Origin: Eledone cirrhosa
Lineage: Eukaryota
Assembly (NCBI GenBank): GCA_964016885.1
Contig: OZ024743.1
Coordinates: forward strand, 172,360,001 to 172,424,000
Direction: 5' to 3'
DNA: 64,000 nt
Shown here piece after piece: positions 63,525 through 64,000 of this stretch. The stretch's first letter is position 1. Every line of letters starts with the position of its first letter. The translations under genes were made by a program, and so were the position numbers. The notes below the pieces were generated by a model. The model did no database searches. It had not been told where the DNA came from and saw only the letters and a list, made by a program, of their open reading frames with translations.

Positions 63525-64000
63525 ACAATATAATATAATATATTATAAATTGACATAAAATAATATATAAATACTTATAATTACAAGGTTAGTAGACAGA
63601 AATATGTGGATGTGTAAGTAAAGCCAGATAGTGAATAGTAAATAGAATATAGAATAAAATAAATAAATATAATCAACCGGAAATTACAAAACAAAAGCAA
63701 ATATATACACACTTAGGCCTCACATGCGGTTAAGAAGTTAGGTAAACACTAAGGAAAACAATCATTTTAATTGACTCAAAACCCTATTTGATAAATTAAT
63801 ATCAAAAATATCAAAACTATCTAATAATGTAGTATAATATTAGCTATAGTTTAAGTCATTGAAGTTTATAAACTTTAATGTTTCGTTACAAATGTTTACA
63901 AAAAGGAATGAAATCTTTTACTATCATATACGTAACGATATCTAAAAAACTGACTTAAGTAGAATTAAGGTAGGCTAATGGGGACAGAATTGATGAAATA

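Overview
This is repeat-dense animal genomic DNA with no recognisable host gene. The SINE types suggest a cephalopod such as Octopus (inference). From about 4.4 to 37.6 kb there is one continuous array of non-LTR retroelements, nearly all joined by (TTA)n/(TAA)n tracts. It contains two R4/Dong-clade families (A and B; RT plus restriction-like endonuclease), all on the minus strand, and a Tx1-clade LINE (one full-length copy, intact ORF2) and a tRNA-derived SINE, both on the plus strand. A smaller array lies at 41.2-46.6 kb. The rest is decayed Penelope-like elements (PLEs) with inverted or direct pLTRs and hammerhead-like motifs, a third R4-like family, RTE remnants, SINEs and microsatellites. 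Main observation: both Dong families carry a shared 5' leader of about 0.8-1 kb that is collinear with the 5' UTR and decayed ORF1 N-terminus of the Tx1 LINE, suggesting cross-clade promoter/leader capture. Other highlights are a probable Tx1-SINE partnership, a 4.3-kb palindromic PLE interrupted by three alternating tRNA-like units, and fold-back junctions. All alignments were done by eye, so boundaries are approximate.
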